Source of the DNA: Octopus vulgaris
Taxonomy: Eukaryota
Assembly: GCA_951406725.2 (NCBI GenBank)
Contig: OX597834.1
Span: 36,518,001-36,582,000 of the forward strand
Direction: 5' to 3'
DNA: 64,000 bases
Under the pieces are notes generated by a model. It saw only the letters and a program-made list of their open reading frames with translations, was not told the origin of the DNA and made no database searches. How positions within the stretch are numbered: the stretch's first letter is position 1; every line of letters begins with the position of its first letter. Of this stretch, positions 49,664-63,393 are shown piece after piece. The position numbers and the translations under genes are program-made.

Positions 49664-52169
49664 TTAAAATATATAATAGAGAAACAATTCTTAACCCTTT
49701 TGATATCAACCTGGCTGAAACTGCCTCTGGCAGTTTTGAATTAAAATCTTCCACCAAACGTTAGTCACAATTTATGTTCCTAACACTAGCTTAATGATAA
49801 CTAAGTTATTTTACGAAATTCTTTTTTAGTCGACCCAAGGTGCCATATGGTGGGACCGAACCCAGAACCATGCGGTTGGGAAATATCTGCACAATGCCAG
49901 TTCACCGACACACAGATGACTTACTTCTATTTATAAACCTTGTACATCGTCCAGCCAAAGTGCGGAACTCTGCAGAAATACTACATACATTTGTATCAAT
50001 GGACAACAGTAATGGTTTTGTTCTAACAGCCACACGGATAACAACAAGTCCGTTCATGCCTCACTGACCCAAGTATATATAAATCTTCCTCCACTTTCTC
50101 AAATGGTCAGACAAGTGTATTTGTTAAGCACTTCACTTTTACTTTTTTATTTCCGTAAGTCCTTCACTAATTTTTCCATCATTCAAAATGCTCTCTCTCG
50201 TTCTCCTTTTCTCTCTCTCTATCTCTCACTCTCTCTCTCTCTCTCTCTCTCTGTCTTTCAACACAGTGATGTTTCACTCACTTTATTTAATTTATTTGAT
50301 AACATGCAATTAAAAAAAAACGAAAAAACACCACCGCTACCGTCATACCACCAGCACTACTACCACCATGGCCCAAACTATCACCACCACTACTGCCACC
50401 CAAACTACCACCATCACCACCAGTACCATTACTACCAACACTCACATCATTTTAAAGTCACCATCACCATTAGCACCAACACAACCATCATTTTAATGTT
50501 ACCACGACCACCATCACCAGTGCCATTACCACCACCACCACCACCACCACCACCACCAACAAGGCCAATGCCATTACCACTGACACCACCATCATGTGGT
50601 TGGTAAGCTAGCTACTTACCACACAGCCACTTGTTGTGCCCCAAAGAATGAATGACTGTAATATGAAACATCGTTAAATGTCATTTCCAGGTGGTGCTAA
50701 TTAAGTTGGACATGGCCTGGGCCAATTCTGGCCAAAGCTTTTCTAAGTGTGTGTGTGTGTATGTGTTGGTGCGTGTGCATGTGTTGCTGTGTGCGGTGCT
50801 GCATGTGTTGTTGTGTGTATATGTGTGTTGGTGTATGCGAGTGTGTGTGTTGGTGCATGTGTTACTGTGTGAATGTTGGTGTGTGCGTGTGTATTTGACC
50901 CTGACTTTCAAATTTCAATCCCTAATCAAAGTTTGGGAGATAAGTCATACACGGTTTTCTGCGCATTTTTGAAATTATTTTTAGCAAAAAAAAAAAATCA
51001 AACAAACTGTGACTTATCTACAAATAACATACAACATGTTTTACTAAGGTGGGAAAATAAAAGATAAAACAGTCGATGGGACAGCCTCACATGAAAGTAA
51101 CAAGACTATTGATAATGTTGGAAAAAAAACATATCTTTGTGTGTGTGTGTGTGAAAGAGAGAGAGACAGAGAATGTGTGTGTGTGTCAGTGTCTTCATAT
51201 TTTGACATAATCTGATAGTTGTAAATGAATGTCCCTGTCATACAAACAGTGTTATTTGTTTCCAATATTCCATTGAAAATGTGTCTAGCCATGGGTAAAA
51301 GAAATTACTTAGTTTATAAAAAAAAAAAAGACAGGTGAAAGCGAAGGTTGGTGACAGGAAAAGCATCCAGATTGTAGAAAACCAACATCGACAAATTCGA
51401 ATTCCATCCGACCAATGCATGCAAGCATGGAAAAGTGAACATTAAACCTATGATGATGACGATGATAATGAAGATGATGATGATAATGATGATGATGACA
51501 ACGAGGATGGTAATGATGATTACACAAATTCTCGATCATAAAAGAGGGATATCAAGGCACATTATACATTCCATGTTGTTAGCTTTCTCTCTCTCTCTCT
51601 TTCCTGCCTTATATAATTAAACGAGTTCGTTTTTGCTTCATTTCTTTGCACACCTACATAATTCATTACCGTGTTGATGAACCAGCCAGAAAACTTGCAT
51701 GGAGTGAGTTGCTTCACCTTCGGAACGAGATAAAGGAAACATGTCCACAGCTGACTGAATTCTGTCTGCCTTGCTCAGAGTTACCTGCCAGTCGAGTTAG
51801 CATCTTTCTTAGCCTGCAGCAGCCAAGTACCTTCTCTCTTTGTGATTATACATACATATATACATACATATCTATCTACCTGTCTAGCTATACATAAACA
51901 CACACACACACTTACACATGCAGCCACCGGAAAATACATAAAGCATATACATTAGTATATGTATTTAACAGGGTGAGCGTCCGTTTTTATGTTCTGAGTT
52001 CAAATTCTGCTGAGGTCGACTTTGCCTTTCATCCTTTTGGGGGTCGATAAATTGAGTACCAGTTGCGTACTGGAGTCGATCTAATCCACTGCCCCACCCT
52101 CCCCCAAAATTTTCAGGTCTTGAGCCTAGAGAAGAAAAGAATATTTAAGGCAGCAAGCTGGTAGAAACT

Positions 52170-52420
52170 TCTGGTTTCACTGAAAGCTGGTAAGCCAGAG
52201 GACTAGACCAGGTTCCAATCTGATTTAGCATGGTTTCTATGGCTCGATGCCCTTCCTAATGCAAACCACTCCAAGAATGCAATGGGTGCTCCTTATGTGC
52301 CAGTTACGTAATGCCAGCATCCACCACAAGTATGATTTCACTTGGCTTTATGGGTCTCCTCAATCACAGCATATATCACCAAAGGTCTTGTTCACTTGTC
52401 ATTGCCTCTGCAAGGCCCAT
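52170..52420 (-). mobile_element. RTE LINE 3' end: ORF terminus plus 3' UTR
   Basis: Minus strand GLAEAMTSEQDLW... (DRxxW-type RTE terminus) runs directly into the ggcacataaggagcaccc...ggaagggcatc UTR. Confidence 0.75.
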
Positions 52421-52423
52421 ATA

Positions 52424-52606
52424 TAGCGTGGCCCAGGCACTTTAAATTTCTTTTAAAACATTTTATTACATTGAAATTTCTATTTTACAATTAAATTAGC
52501 ATAGAATAATGGTTTCGTATCTTTTTATAATTAAAATCTAAACTGTTAATATATGAATGCATAAGAGATAGTTGAATAACTGTAAACCTACTTTTGGGTC
52601 ACCCTG
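52424..52606. mobile_element. Probable Tc1/mariner-type MITE
   Basis: TA|tagcgtggccca ... tgggtcaccctg|TA (CAGGGTG-type termini; the left one is degenerate). Confidence 0.5.
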
Positions 52607-53599
52607 TATTTATATTTCCCTCCCACACTTCCTCAATTGCCTCTCTTGGGCCCTGTCCTCTCTCAGGCCCTGTCCTCTCTCGGGCCCTGTCCTCTCTTCT
52701 TCCCCCCCTCACATACTCCTCTACCTGTCCTTCTCTTTCACTCTTCTCCCTCTTTTTCCTGCTCTCATTCTTTACTCCGTCCACCTCTCTTTCTCTCTCC
52801 TACTACATGACCAATGTCCAGTCAAAGCGCGTCATTCTTCTTCGGTCTGCTGCTGACCAAACCAGACACGTTTGTGTTCCGTCTATCAAGGATTTTTTCC
52901 ATTTCTTTGCGCTACCTCACTATGTCTGCCTTGATAGCTGGAAAGGCCTTTTCTGTTTGTATTGTATTGTCTTAGTAATATATACATATAACTATTCCTT
53001 CAGCTCATTGTACAACCCTAAAGCATTTTCTATTGTATCCGTACCATTCCTTGTCTGTTATATCTTGCCATTATTTCTTATTGTACACGCAATGCTATTA
53101 TGTCCAGTTGTTGCACACATTCGTCAGCTTTTTCCTGTAGCTCCTCTATGCTCTGGCATTCCCGTTTGATAACGGTGGTCTTGCTTTGAAATAGCATGAA
53201 AAAACTAGGTTGGCTCGGAAACCAACTGATGAGAAAATCAGCAACGAATGCTCCTTGTATTGTGTTTTTGTTGATAAATCGTGTTTTCTATTAAGCCTGG
53301 TACTTATTCTATCGATCTCTTTTGCCAAACCACTAAGTTATGGGGGACGTAAACACACCAACACCAGTTCTCAAGCTGTGGTGGTGGTGGTGGTGGAGAA
53401 GGACAAACACAGCCACAAAGACACACACACACATATGTATGTATACATATATATGACGGGCTTCTTTCAGTTTCCGTCAACCAAATCCACTCACAAAGGC
53501 TTTGGTCAACCAATGGCTATAAGAGAAGATGCCGGCCCAAGGTTCCATGCAGTGGGACTGGACCCAAGTCTGTTAAGAAGAGGAGGAGGGGGGAAGCAG

Positions 53600-53956
53600 T
53601 GACTGTGGTGGTGGTGGTAGTCATGCTACTGCAGCTGATGATGGTGGTGATGGTGATGTCAGTGATGACGTCAATGATGATGATGATGGTGATGGTGATG
53701 ATGATGGTGGGGTTGGTGGCTGTGGTGGTGACAGCAGCGGTGGTGATGCTGCTCCTGCTGCTGCTGCTGATGATGATGGTGATGACGATGATGATGATGG
53801 TGATGACGATGATGATGATGGTGATGATGATGATAATGTTATTGATGATGATGGTGGTGGTGATGATGGTGATGATGATGTTAATGATGATGATGATGAT
53901 GGTGATGATGATGGTGATGATGATGATGATGGTGATGATTATGATGATGATGATGG

Positions 53957-53987
<31 letters not shown>

Positions 53988-54094
53988 GGTGATGATGATG
54001 ATGATTATGGTGATGATGATGATGATGATGGTGATGATGATGGTGATGATGATGATGATGGTGATGATTATGATGATGATGATGGTGATGATGG

Positions 54095-54125
<31 letters not shown>

Positions 54126-54172
54126 GGTGATGATGATGATGATTATGGTGATGATGATGATGATGATGATCA
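53600..54172. repeat. (ATG)n/(GTG) trinucleotide tract, about 570 bp
   Basis: Directly visible; gives the poly-M/I pseudo-ORFs. Confidence 0.97.
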
Positions 54173-54528
54173 TTAATAATTAATGTCTATATTTTCCTGT
54201 CAAGACAGGAAAAGTCCTTGAAGCCATGGTTCATTGAAGAGTCTGACGTATCCTCTCCAGCATTAAAAGATTTAAAAAAAAAAAATCTTCCAAACAGTAC
54301 AACAGAGAGAAAAAAAAAAAAAAGAGAGAAAAAAAACACATTATTTGACTAAAACTTAAATAGAAATAGACTTTAATAATTAACCAAAGATCGTTACAAC
54401 AACATTACATAACTGAATCAATGGTTTCTTTTAACTCACAACAACCTTCAATTCTTCAATCTATTTTGTTAATGGACTGTTATATAAGCAACAGCCCTTA
54501 AAAATTACATTATTACAATTATTATTTA

Positions 54529-54915
54529 CTAGCAGTATCGCCCGGTGTTGCTCGGGTTTGTAAGGGAAATAACTATATAAGCATTTTTAGAGATGTAAAG
54601 TATAATAGCCATCTCAATATGGCTAACCACAAAGGGGGTGGTGTTACCGTAGCTTTTTACGTTCTGAGATTTAATAATAAATTTTTAGAGAGTTACTTCC
54701 CTTATATATGCCAAAAATGCATTAAAAATGGGAAAAATTGATGGTAAATTTTTTTTGAAATCGTAGACTCATCGTAGATGTGCGCTAATACCCAGAAGGG
54801 CTCGATATGAATCACGACCCAGTTTTGGTTAAACTGCACCGCAAAATGTGGGAGTAGTTAGGAATCTAAATCGTAGGAGACAGACAGCACACAACCTCAC
54901 TTTTATATATAAAGA
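54529..54915 (-). mobile_element. Non-autonomous Helitron
   Basis: Minus strand begins TCTTTATATATAAAA and ends with the hairpin cccgagcaacaccggg then CTAG. Inserted between A and T with no TSD. Confidence 0.85.
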
Positions 54916-55086
54916 TTATATCCTTCCCCTTTTGGGAGCTTTTCATTGTTATATTTTCGTTGTTAAACTGCTTTTTTACTCGATGTTTTCACAAACGGAC
55001 AAAACCCTTTGTAACCTTTCGTCCTGTTTTGTCCCTTTATGTAATAATTGATTTTTCGTCAGCCCTTGTGGCCAATAAAAGAATTA

Positions 55087-55124
<38 letters not shown>

Positions 55125-55128
<4 letters not shown>

Positions 55129-55496
55129 GCCTCCACCTTTGCTAAGGCGGAGGTATTGTTTTCATTCATGTTTGTTTGTTTGTTTGTCTGTGGACAAGAT
55201 ATCTCAAGAACCACTGGATGGATCCGGATGAAACTTTCAGGGATGTTTGGACTCATGACTGACACAAACTGATTTAGATTTGGGGATTGATCAGGTACCA
55301 GACAAGGATTCTGGATTATTTTTCCTGTTTTTAACTTAATTTTTGAGACTGGTCAGGTTCATTTTTAGTATTCCCGTTTGTGAGAGCAGTCGAGTTTATT
55401 TCAGATATTCTCATTTTAAAAATCATCTCTGGCTAATCATTGAGAGGACATTGGTGTTGCCTTGGTGGTGGTCTACGCTCTCTGAGTGCTCTGGTT
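55125..55496 (+). mobile_element. Helentron-associated (HINE/DINE-1-like) non-autonomous element
   Basis: 5' subterminal inverted repeat gcctccacc/ggcggaggt, (GTTT)n, gatatctc...gatgaaactt block, 3' ccttggtggtggt and hairpin gctctctgagt, T-rich flanks. Confidence 0.7.
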
Positions 55497-55509
55497 ATTA
55501 TTATTATTA

Positions 55510-55975
55510 AGGCAGTGAGCTGGCAGAATCGTTAGCATGCCAGGTGAAATGCTTTTCATCCATCCTTATATTCTGAGTTCAAATTCTGTCAAGGTCGACT
55601 TTGCCTTTCATCCTTTTGGAGGTCGATAAATCAAGTACCAGTTGCGTACTGGGGTCAATCTAATTGACTATCTCCCTCTCCCTAAATTTCAGGCCTTGTG
55701 CCTAGAGTAGGAAAGATTAATATTCTTCTTCTTCTTCTTCTTATTATTATTATTAAGGGGGCAACTTAACAGAATCATCAGCACACCAGGTGAAATGCTT
55801 AGCGGTATTTTGTCTGCTGTTACGTCTATGTTCAAATTCCACCAAGGTGGACTTTGCCCTTCATCCTTTTGGTGTCGATAAATTAAGTACCAGAGCAACA
55901 CCAGGGCCGATCTAATCAACTATCCTCCCTCCCCACAAATTTCAGGTCTTCTGCCCACAATAGAAAAGATTATTA
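55510..55975 (+). mobile_element. Two SINE family B copies (tail type 2)
   Basis: Family B core with aaatttcagg..tt.tgcc...gaaaagatta tails. Confidence 0.85.
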
Positions 55976-55989
55976 TTATTATTATTATG

Positions 55990-56330
55990 GAAATTGCAGA
56001 TATGATACCAGTGCCAGGGGCACGTAAGAGAACCATCCGAACGTGGCTGTTGCCAGCACCGCCCCGACTGGCCTCGTGCCGGTGGCACGTAAAAAGCACC
56101 ATCCGATCGTGGCTGTTTGCCAGCCTCATCTGGCACCTGTGCCGGTGGCACGTAAAAAGCACCCACTACACTCACGGAGTGGTTGGCGTTAGGAAGGGCA
56201 TCCAGCCGTAGAAACATTGCCAGATCAGACTGGGCCTGGTGCAGCCTTCTGGCTTCACAGACCCCAGTTGAACCGTCCAACCCATGCTAGCATGGAAAGC
56301 GGATGCTAAATGATGATGATGATGATGATT
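55990..56330 (+). mobile_element. RTE 3' UTR copy with three ~64-bp hairpin repeats
   Basis: gtgcc(gg)tggcacgtaaaaagcacc units at about 56011, 56076 and 56139. Confidence 0.82.
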
Positions 56331-56846
56331 ATTATTATTATTATTATTGTTATTGTTATTATTACTATGTACTGCTTGTGTCCCATTCACTGCTTGTAGC
56401 AGAGCACTACTGCATGCTGTCATCTGAACTGTCCCTGTGTCAACATGGTTAGTAAAAGTCTTGCATCGATTGTTGCATTCTGATTGATTCATTTCATATA
56501 ATCAGTTAATATTGACCCTACACAGTGTATACATGTATATTTACCTGTACTGTCTTGTGTTATCGGGTCTGTTTGTTCAGTTGAGTCAGCTAATATATCG
56601 TTTGTGTGTGTGTGTGTGTGTGTATGAGTCTGGGTCTATGTACACGTGTGCATGTCTCTCCTCTCTCTCTGTCCTATCAATCTATCTATCTATATGTGTG
56701 TATATATATATATGTATATATATATGTATATATATATGTGTGTGTATATATATATATGTATATATATGTAAATATATATATATGTGTGTGTATATATATA
56801 TATGTATATATATGTAAATATATATATATATGTATATATATATATG

Positions 56847-56900
<54 letters not shown>

Positions 56901-56956
56901 TATATATATATATATAACATATATTGTTTTATATATATATATATATATATATTGTA

Positions 56957-57027
<71 letters not shown>

Positions 57028-57204
57028 ACATACATACATACACACACACACATATATCATCATCATCGTTTAATGTCTCCTTTCCATGATGGCATGGGTT
57101 GGGCAGTTTGACTGAGGACTGGTGAGCCAGAGGCTGCACCAGGCTCAATCTGATCTGGTAAAGTTTCTACAGCTGGATGCCCTTCCTAACACCAACCACT
57201 CCAG

Positions 57205-57390
57205 AAATTTACAGAAAAACAAAAGACGAAGATGGGTGTATTAGTTTGATGCTTGGGAAGGTGAGGAAGTCTTTTATGTTTCAAGCCTGTGCTCTTCAAC
57301 AGAGAGGAACACGAGGAAATAAACAGAGAGAATAAAAAAAACTTTTGGAGTTAGCGGTCAATCATGGCGACTGGCTGGACAAAGGTATAT
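57205..57390 (-). mobile_element. Penelope-like terminal repeat with hammerhead-like motif (57271-57305)
   Basis: Reverse complement of the family at 26760-26935. Confidence 0.6.
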
Positions 57391-57549
57391 GTGTGTGTGT
57401 ATGTATGTATGTATGCAAATGGATTGCCTGACCATCAGAACGCATCCTTTCCACAAGAAAAAAGAAAAAAAGATAGATAGATAGACAGACAGACAGATAA
57501 ACTCACTGATTGATAAATGAATGAATAGACAGACACACAGACAAACAGA

Positions 57550-57581
<32 letters not shown>

Positions 57582-58073
57582 TACATATATGCACACACAC
57601 ACACACACAAACAAGCATGCACATACATACACACACACACAGATATATATATGATTGGCTTCTTTCAGTTTCCATCTGCTAGTTCCACTTACAAGGCTTT
57701 GAGTCTACCCGGGCTACAGTAAAAGACACTTGCTCAAGGTGTCACACAGTGGGACTGAACCTGAAGCCATGGGGTTTGAAAGAAAACTTCTTGCCTCACA
57801 GCAATGCTCGACAATCAGTCTGTATTCTGAAAGCGGAGCGAGAACCAAAGACAATAACAACTTGGTGTCTTTTAGAAGAATGTATTTCTTATGAGGAGAG
57901 AGAGAGAGAGGGGGAGATGAAGAGGAAGGATGAGAGTGAGAGAAAATGAGAGAGACAGGGTAAGAGGGAGAGGACAGAAGAGAGACAGAAGAGAGTGAAA
58001 GGGTAAGAGAAAGATGGAAAAGAGAGAAAGGGTGAGAGAGAGGACAAGGGATGGATGGAAAGATATATGTGTG

Positions 58074-58114
<41 letters not shown>

Positions 58115-58850
58115 GGAAAGTGAGAGAGGGAGAGTGAGTGAGAGAGAGACTAAGAGAAAGTTAGAAAAGAGAGAAAGGGTGAGAGAGAAAGAGGGCAAGA
58201 GAGAGAGAAAGAAGGAGAAAAAGAACAAGAAAGAGGGAGAGAGCTAGAGAGAGAGCAAGAGATAGAGAGAGACGAAGAGAAAGGGTAAGAGAGAGATAAA
58301 GAGTGAGAGAGAAGGTAAAAGAGAGAGAGAAAGAGAGAACATGTGAGAAAGAGACAAGAGAGAGAAGAAGGAGAAAGACAAAAAGTAATTTCTTGAAACG
58401 ACTGTATTGCCCCCCACCTCCACCTTTACCTGCCGCCGCCCCCGCCATCCCTCTACATCTGATTCCGTTATTCCTCTCAATATCGTTACAGCTATACTTA
58501 TTTTAGCAGCCAGTACCCAACCCCACCGCAACCCACAACCCACCCACCCCATTTGGCCTCCTCTGACCAAGGAACAAAGGAAAGAAAGAAAGAGAGAAAG
58601 CACAGTCTGACCCTAGCATGAGGCTTGAACTCGGGGTGTCATGGTAACAAGACTAAATACAGTTTCGCAGACATCCGCAGACATCTGCTCCGTCCTATTG
58701 CTCTCCCCCACACCTTTCACCCCCCACCTCCCTCATTTCAAGTAAATCGCCACTAACACATCTTGTAATAAAAATACTGGTTTCGTAATAGCAACAACAA
58801 CAACAACAACAACAATAACACTGATAATAATAATAATAATAATAATAATG

Positions 58851-58953
<103 letters not shown>

Positions 58954-58961
58954 TAACATTA

Positions 58962-59008
<47 letters not shown>

Positions 59009-59652
59009 GGCAAGAGAACTAATCGAATTCTTTAGAGACGTACAAAAACGGAACTTTTAGTTTAAACAGATTTAGCAGCAAACTTCCAGCTTCCGTGTCC
59101 ATTCTTGGTCAGGTTAGGATATTGGTAGTGAGAGAAGAGAAGAGGAAAAAGAAGAGGAAAAAAAAAAAGGAAAATAAAAAGAATTAAGAAAAGAAGGAGA
59201 GAGGGAGGGAGAGAGAAAAAAGGAAATAATTTTCCAATTTTAATAAGAAAGAAAGAAGGAGAAAGAAGGAAACAAAGAAGAAGAAAAGGAATCTCAATTG
59301 ATGTCGATTGAAGAAGAAGAAGAAAAAATTTGTCTGGCATTAATGGAAAGTCTGAGAGATTGATAGAGAGTGGGGGAGAAAGAAAGAGATAGATAGAGAG
59401 AGAGAGAGATGGCTAGATAGAGGGAGGGAGAGAGAGAGAACAGTCTTGGAATTTCACTGTCAAAAAGTCTTTTATTTTTAATGAAACTGTTTCATGTATT
59501 TTGATGAAAGTTTAATATAGATAGCTTGTCGTTGTTGTTGTTGTTGCTGTTGTTTTAGCCCCGAGTCAAAATCATTTGCATAGACCTATGATAAAAAAAG
59601 AAAAAGAAAATAGACATTCCAGATGTGACCATCCTGATTCTTAGCATATCCA

Positions 59653-60655
59653 AAGTGTTCCTACATTTTTTTAAAGACCATCCATCAATCCATCCATTCA
59701 CCCATCTTCTGCCTCCCACCCACCAACTATTTCTGGGAGGGTCATCGGGGTTATAGTCCTCAGGCACCTTCTCCTCCTCCACAGAATCCAACAGAAGCAA
59801 CCATCATTATATATTCTGGTTGGATTTCCAAGCATGACCAACTGAAACAATGGATGTTATCCAACAAACCCCGTTTTTGGCCTGCCCTAGAGTTTCCTGC
59901 CAGCTTGAAGAATCTTCCTTGTGATTCTTCCTTGAGACATTCTAATCTCATGTCCATAGTGATGGAAGCACTCCGTCAGTTACGACGATGAGGGTTCCGG
60001 TTGATCCGAATCAACGGAACAGCCTGCTCGTGAAATTAACGTGCAAGTGGTTGAGCACTCCACAGACATGTGTACCCTTAACGTAGTTCTCGGGGATATT
60101 CAGCATGACACAGAGAGTGATAAGGCCGGCCCTTTGAAATACAGGTACAACAGAAACAGGAAGTGTTCCTACATTTTGTTTAAGACCATCCATCCATCCA
60201 TTCACCCATCTTCTTCTCCCCCACCACCAACTATTTCTGGGAGGGTCATCGGGGTTATAGTCCTCAGGCACCTTCTCCTCCTCCACAGATTCCAACAGAA
60301 TCAACCATCATTATATATTCTGGTTGGATTTCCACGCATGACCAATTGAAACAATAGATGTTATCCAACAAACCCCGTTTTTGGCCTGCCCTAGGGTTTC
60401 CTGCCAGATTAAAGAATCTTCCTTGTGATTCTTCCTTGAGACATTCTAATCTCATGTCCATAGTGTCAGAGCTGGGACCTCTGAATACAGAGAAATAGCA
60501 GTTTGACCTACAGAGACTTCCTGATCTCTAAGCAACACAGCCTATCGAGTAACACTACTCTAGAGATCCTTTCACAGGAACCCCATCTTGGTCATTTGCA
60601 CACAAAATTGTACTCTTTTGGCCATTACCCAACATTCATGACAATGGGGTGAGCA
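59653..60655 (-). mobile_element. Rex3/Expander-like RTE LINE relic with a duplicated 3' end and a repeat fragment between the copies
   Basis: Minus strand CHECWVMAKRV...MGFL..ISRVVLLDRL..EIRKSL.VKLLFLCIQRSQL*HYGHEIRM...GRPK...LDNI...SWSCLEI, ending in a (GATG)n tail. 59653-59961 duplicates 60161-60465. Confidence 0.82.
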
Positions 60656-60919
60656 TTGAGGAAGAATTTTTTCTGGGCATTTAAAAATCTATTTGCTCCA
60701 CATCAGATAGTTTGAGAAGCACTGGTCTAGATGACTCGTTGTCATAAATATCTGAACTAAATATCAGGTTCTTCTATAAGTGAAGGTGTGTGGCTGTCAG
60801 ATGAGGTAAGTTAGAGTGCTGTGGTCGCTTCCCAGTGAAGTTTGTGTTCACTTCACCTCGGTGTCATGATTCGATGATGGTGAGGAGTAGTATGAAGAAG
60901 TCACCTTGTCTGGGGTGCG

Positions 60920-61440
60920 GGAAAGAAAAGATGGGGAAAAGAAAAGAAGAAAGAGGAACAGAAGAGAGAGGAGGGAGGAAAAAAGGGGAGCAATAAAGAA
61001 AAAGAGAAAAGGGAGAAAAAGAGAGTGGGGTTAGGAGATAGAAACAGAGAGAGAGAGAGAGAAAGAGGTAAATGAAGAGAAAGAAAAAGAGAAAGAAAAA
61101 GAGAGGGAAAGAGGGAGAGGAAAAAAGAAGAGAAAAGAGAGAAAACGGAGACTGAAACAGAGAGGGAGGAGAAAGAGAAAGGGAAGGAAAAAGGAGAGAG
61201 AAATAGAGGGTGAGACAAAGAGTGAGAAAAGAGAAGGAAAGAGGGGGAAAGAAAGAGAAAGAGGGAAAAAGAGGAAAGAGAGAGATGGAGAAAGGAAGAA
61301 GGAGCATTGAAGAATGGAAATGAAAACAGGGAAGGAGAAGAAAAGAGAAGAGAAAAGGGGATTGAAGAAAATGAAAGTAAGAAACAAGGGAAGAGAGAGA
61401 AAAGGGAGGAAAGAAGAAAGCAAGAAAGAGAAAGGAGGGG
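60920..61440. repeat. Polypurine low-complexity tract (GA-rich)
   Basis: About 500 bp almost entirely of A and G. Confidence 0.92.
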
Positions 61441-62239
61441 GTGACGAGATGGCGAAGGGGCGATGGGGGTTGGAGACAATGGCAATAGAAGTTTGACGAT
61501 GATGGAGACATGGATGATGATGTTGAGGGTCACAATGACGGTGGTGGTGTGTAAAATTGATGGAAAAGTTAATGAAGCTAATGATTGTATTATAAATGAT
61601 GCTGCTGCTGCTGGTGGTGGTGGTGGTGGAGGTAATAGTGACTTTCAGTGAAGATAATTATGATGGTGATGATGACAGTGGTGGTGATGATGATGCTGAA
61701 GATATTGATGATGATGATGATGATGGTGGTAGTGGTGGCAGTGGTTGTCGTGGTAATAGTGACTTTCAGTGAAGATAATTGTAATGATGACAATGGTGAT
61801 GATGGTAATGATGATGAAGGTATTGGTGGTGGTGGTGGTGGAGGTGATGCTGATAATGATGATGACGATTGTAAAAACAATGTGGATGGGGAAGAGAAAA
61901 GGAGAAAAAATAATTAATACCCTCCAGGCATTAAGGAGTGTGTCGTCAATAGCTAGTTTATATACATACATGCATATATATATATCTTTATACACACACA
62001 CACACACATATATAAATACATACATATATATACATACATATATACATACATATACATATATACAAATATATACATATATATATATATATGTATATATATA
62101 TATGTATATATACATATATACATACATATGTACATACATATAAATATACATACATATGCAAACATATATATACATACATATACAAACATATATATATACA
62201 TACATATACAAACATATATATATACATACATATACAAAC

Positions 62240-62282
<43 letters not shown>

Positions 62283-63358
62283 TATTCACATACACATACT
62301 CATATATACATGGATGGCTAGATGGATATGTATGTAAGCATTTATAGCAGTTAGGACGAGAATGGTCAGATATTATCGTCCCGACTACAATACAAGACAA
62401 ATGAAACAGAAGGGGAGGTCATTAAGAGACAGTATTATTATGACTAATTAATTAATAATAGATTCGGGTCAAAAGAAATACACACACACACACACACATA
62501 TGCATACACATACAGGTACACACAAAATGGAAATCCATACACACACACACACACACACACACACATGAACAAGGCATGCAGTAAATGCATAAACACACAC
62601 ACATATATAAATCTGATGGAGCCCACATGTATATAGAGACATGTGGCAATCCCATACAAGACAAAAATGAGGGGACACACACACACACATACACATACAC
62701 ACACACATATTCAGCCATACATACTCGGACATATATACACGCACAGGCAGATGTACACAGTTATGCACAAAGACGTATACACATCGAGATATATTTCTTT
62801 ACTACCCACAAGGGGCTAAACACAGATGGGGACAAACAAAGACAGACAAAGGGATTAAGTCGATTATATCGACCCCAGTGCGTAACTGGTACTACATAGA
62901 GATATACACACTCAAACATACATTCAGACACACAAGCACATAGACGTATACAAACACAGCTACACACACGCACACACAATCTCACACAAACACACACAGG
63001 TATATGCATTATCAGACATATATACATACACATAGACACACATACACACACATACACACAGAAATATACAAACATATACAGTCACACACACACACTCAGA
63101 AATATGTACATACATACAGACACACACATTTATATACATACACACACAAGCATATAAACACTCAAAGACATGCACACACATATACATCCACAGAGACGTA
63201 TACATATACCTAGACACACACACACACACACACACAAATATACCTACAGAGGTGCACACACACACACAGACAAATACATATACCTACAGACACACATACA
63301 CACACACATATACAAAGAAATACAGACACAGAAATATACATATACCACCAGACACATG

Positions 63359-63393
<35 letters not shown>

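Noticed and set aside
52572-53169. 191-aa plus-strand ORF
   Set aside because: It starts in a MITE end and CT-rich low-complexity sequence, with no recognisable domain or splice structure.
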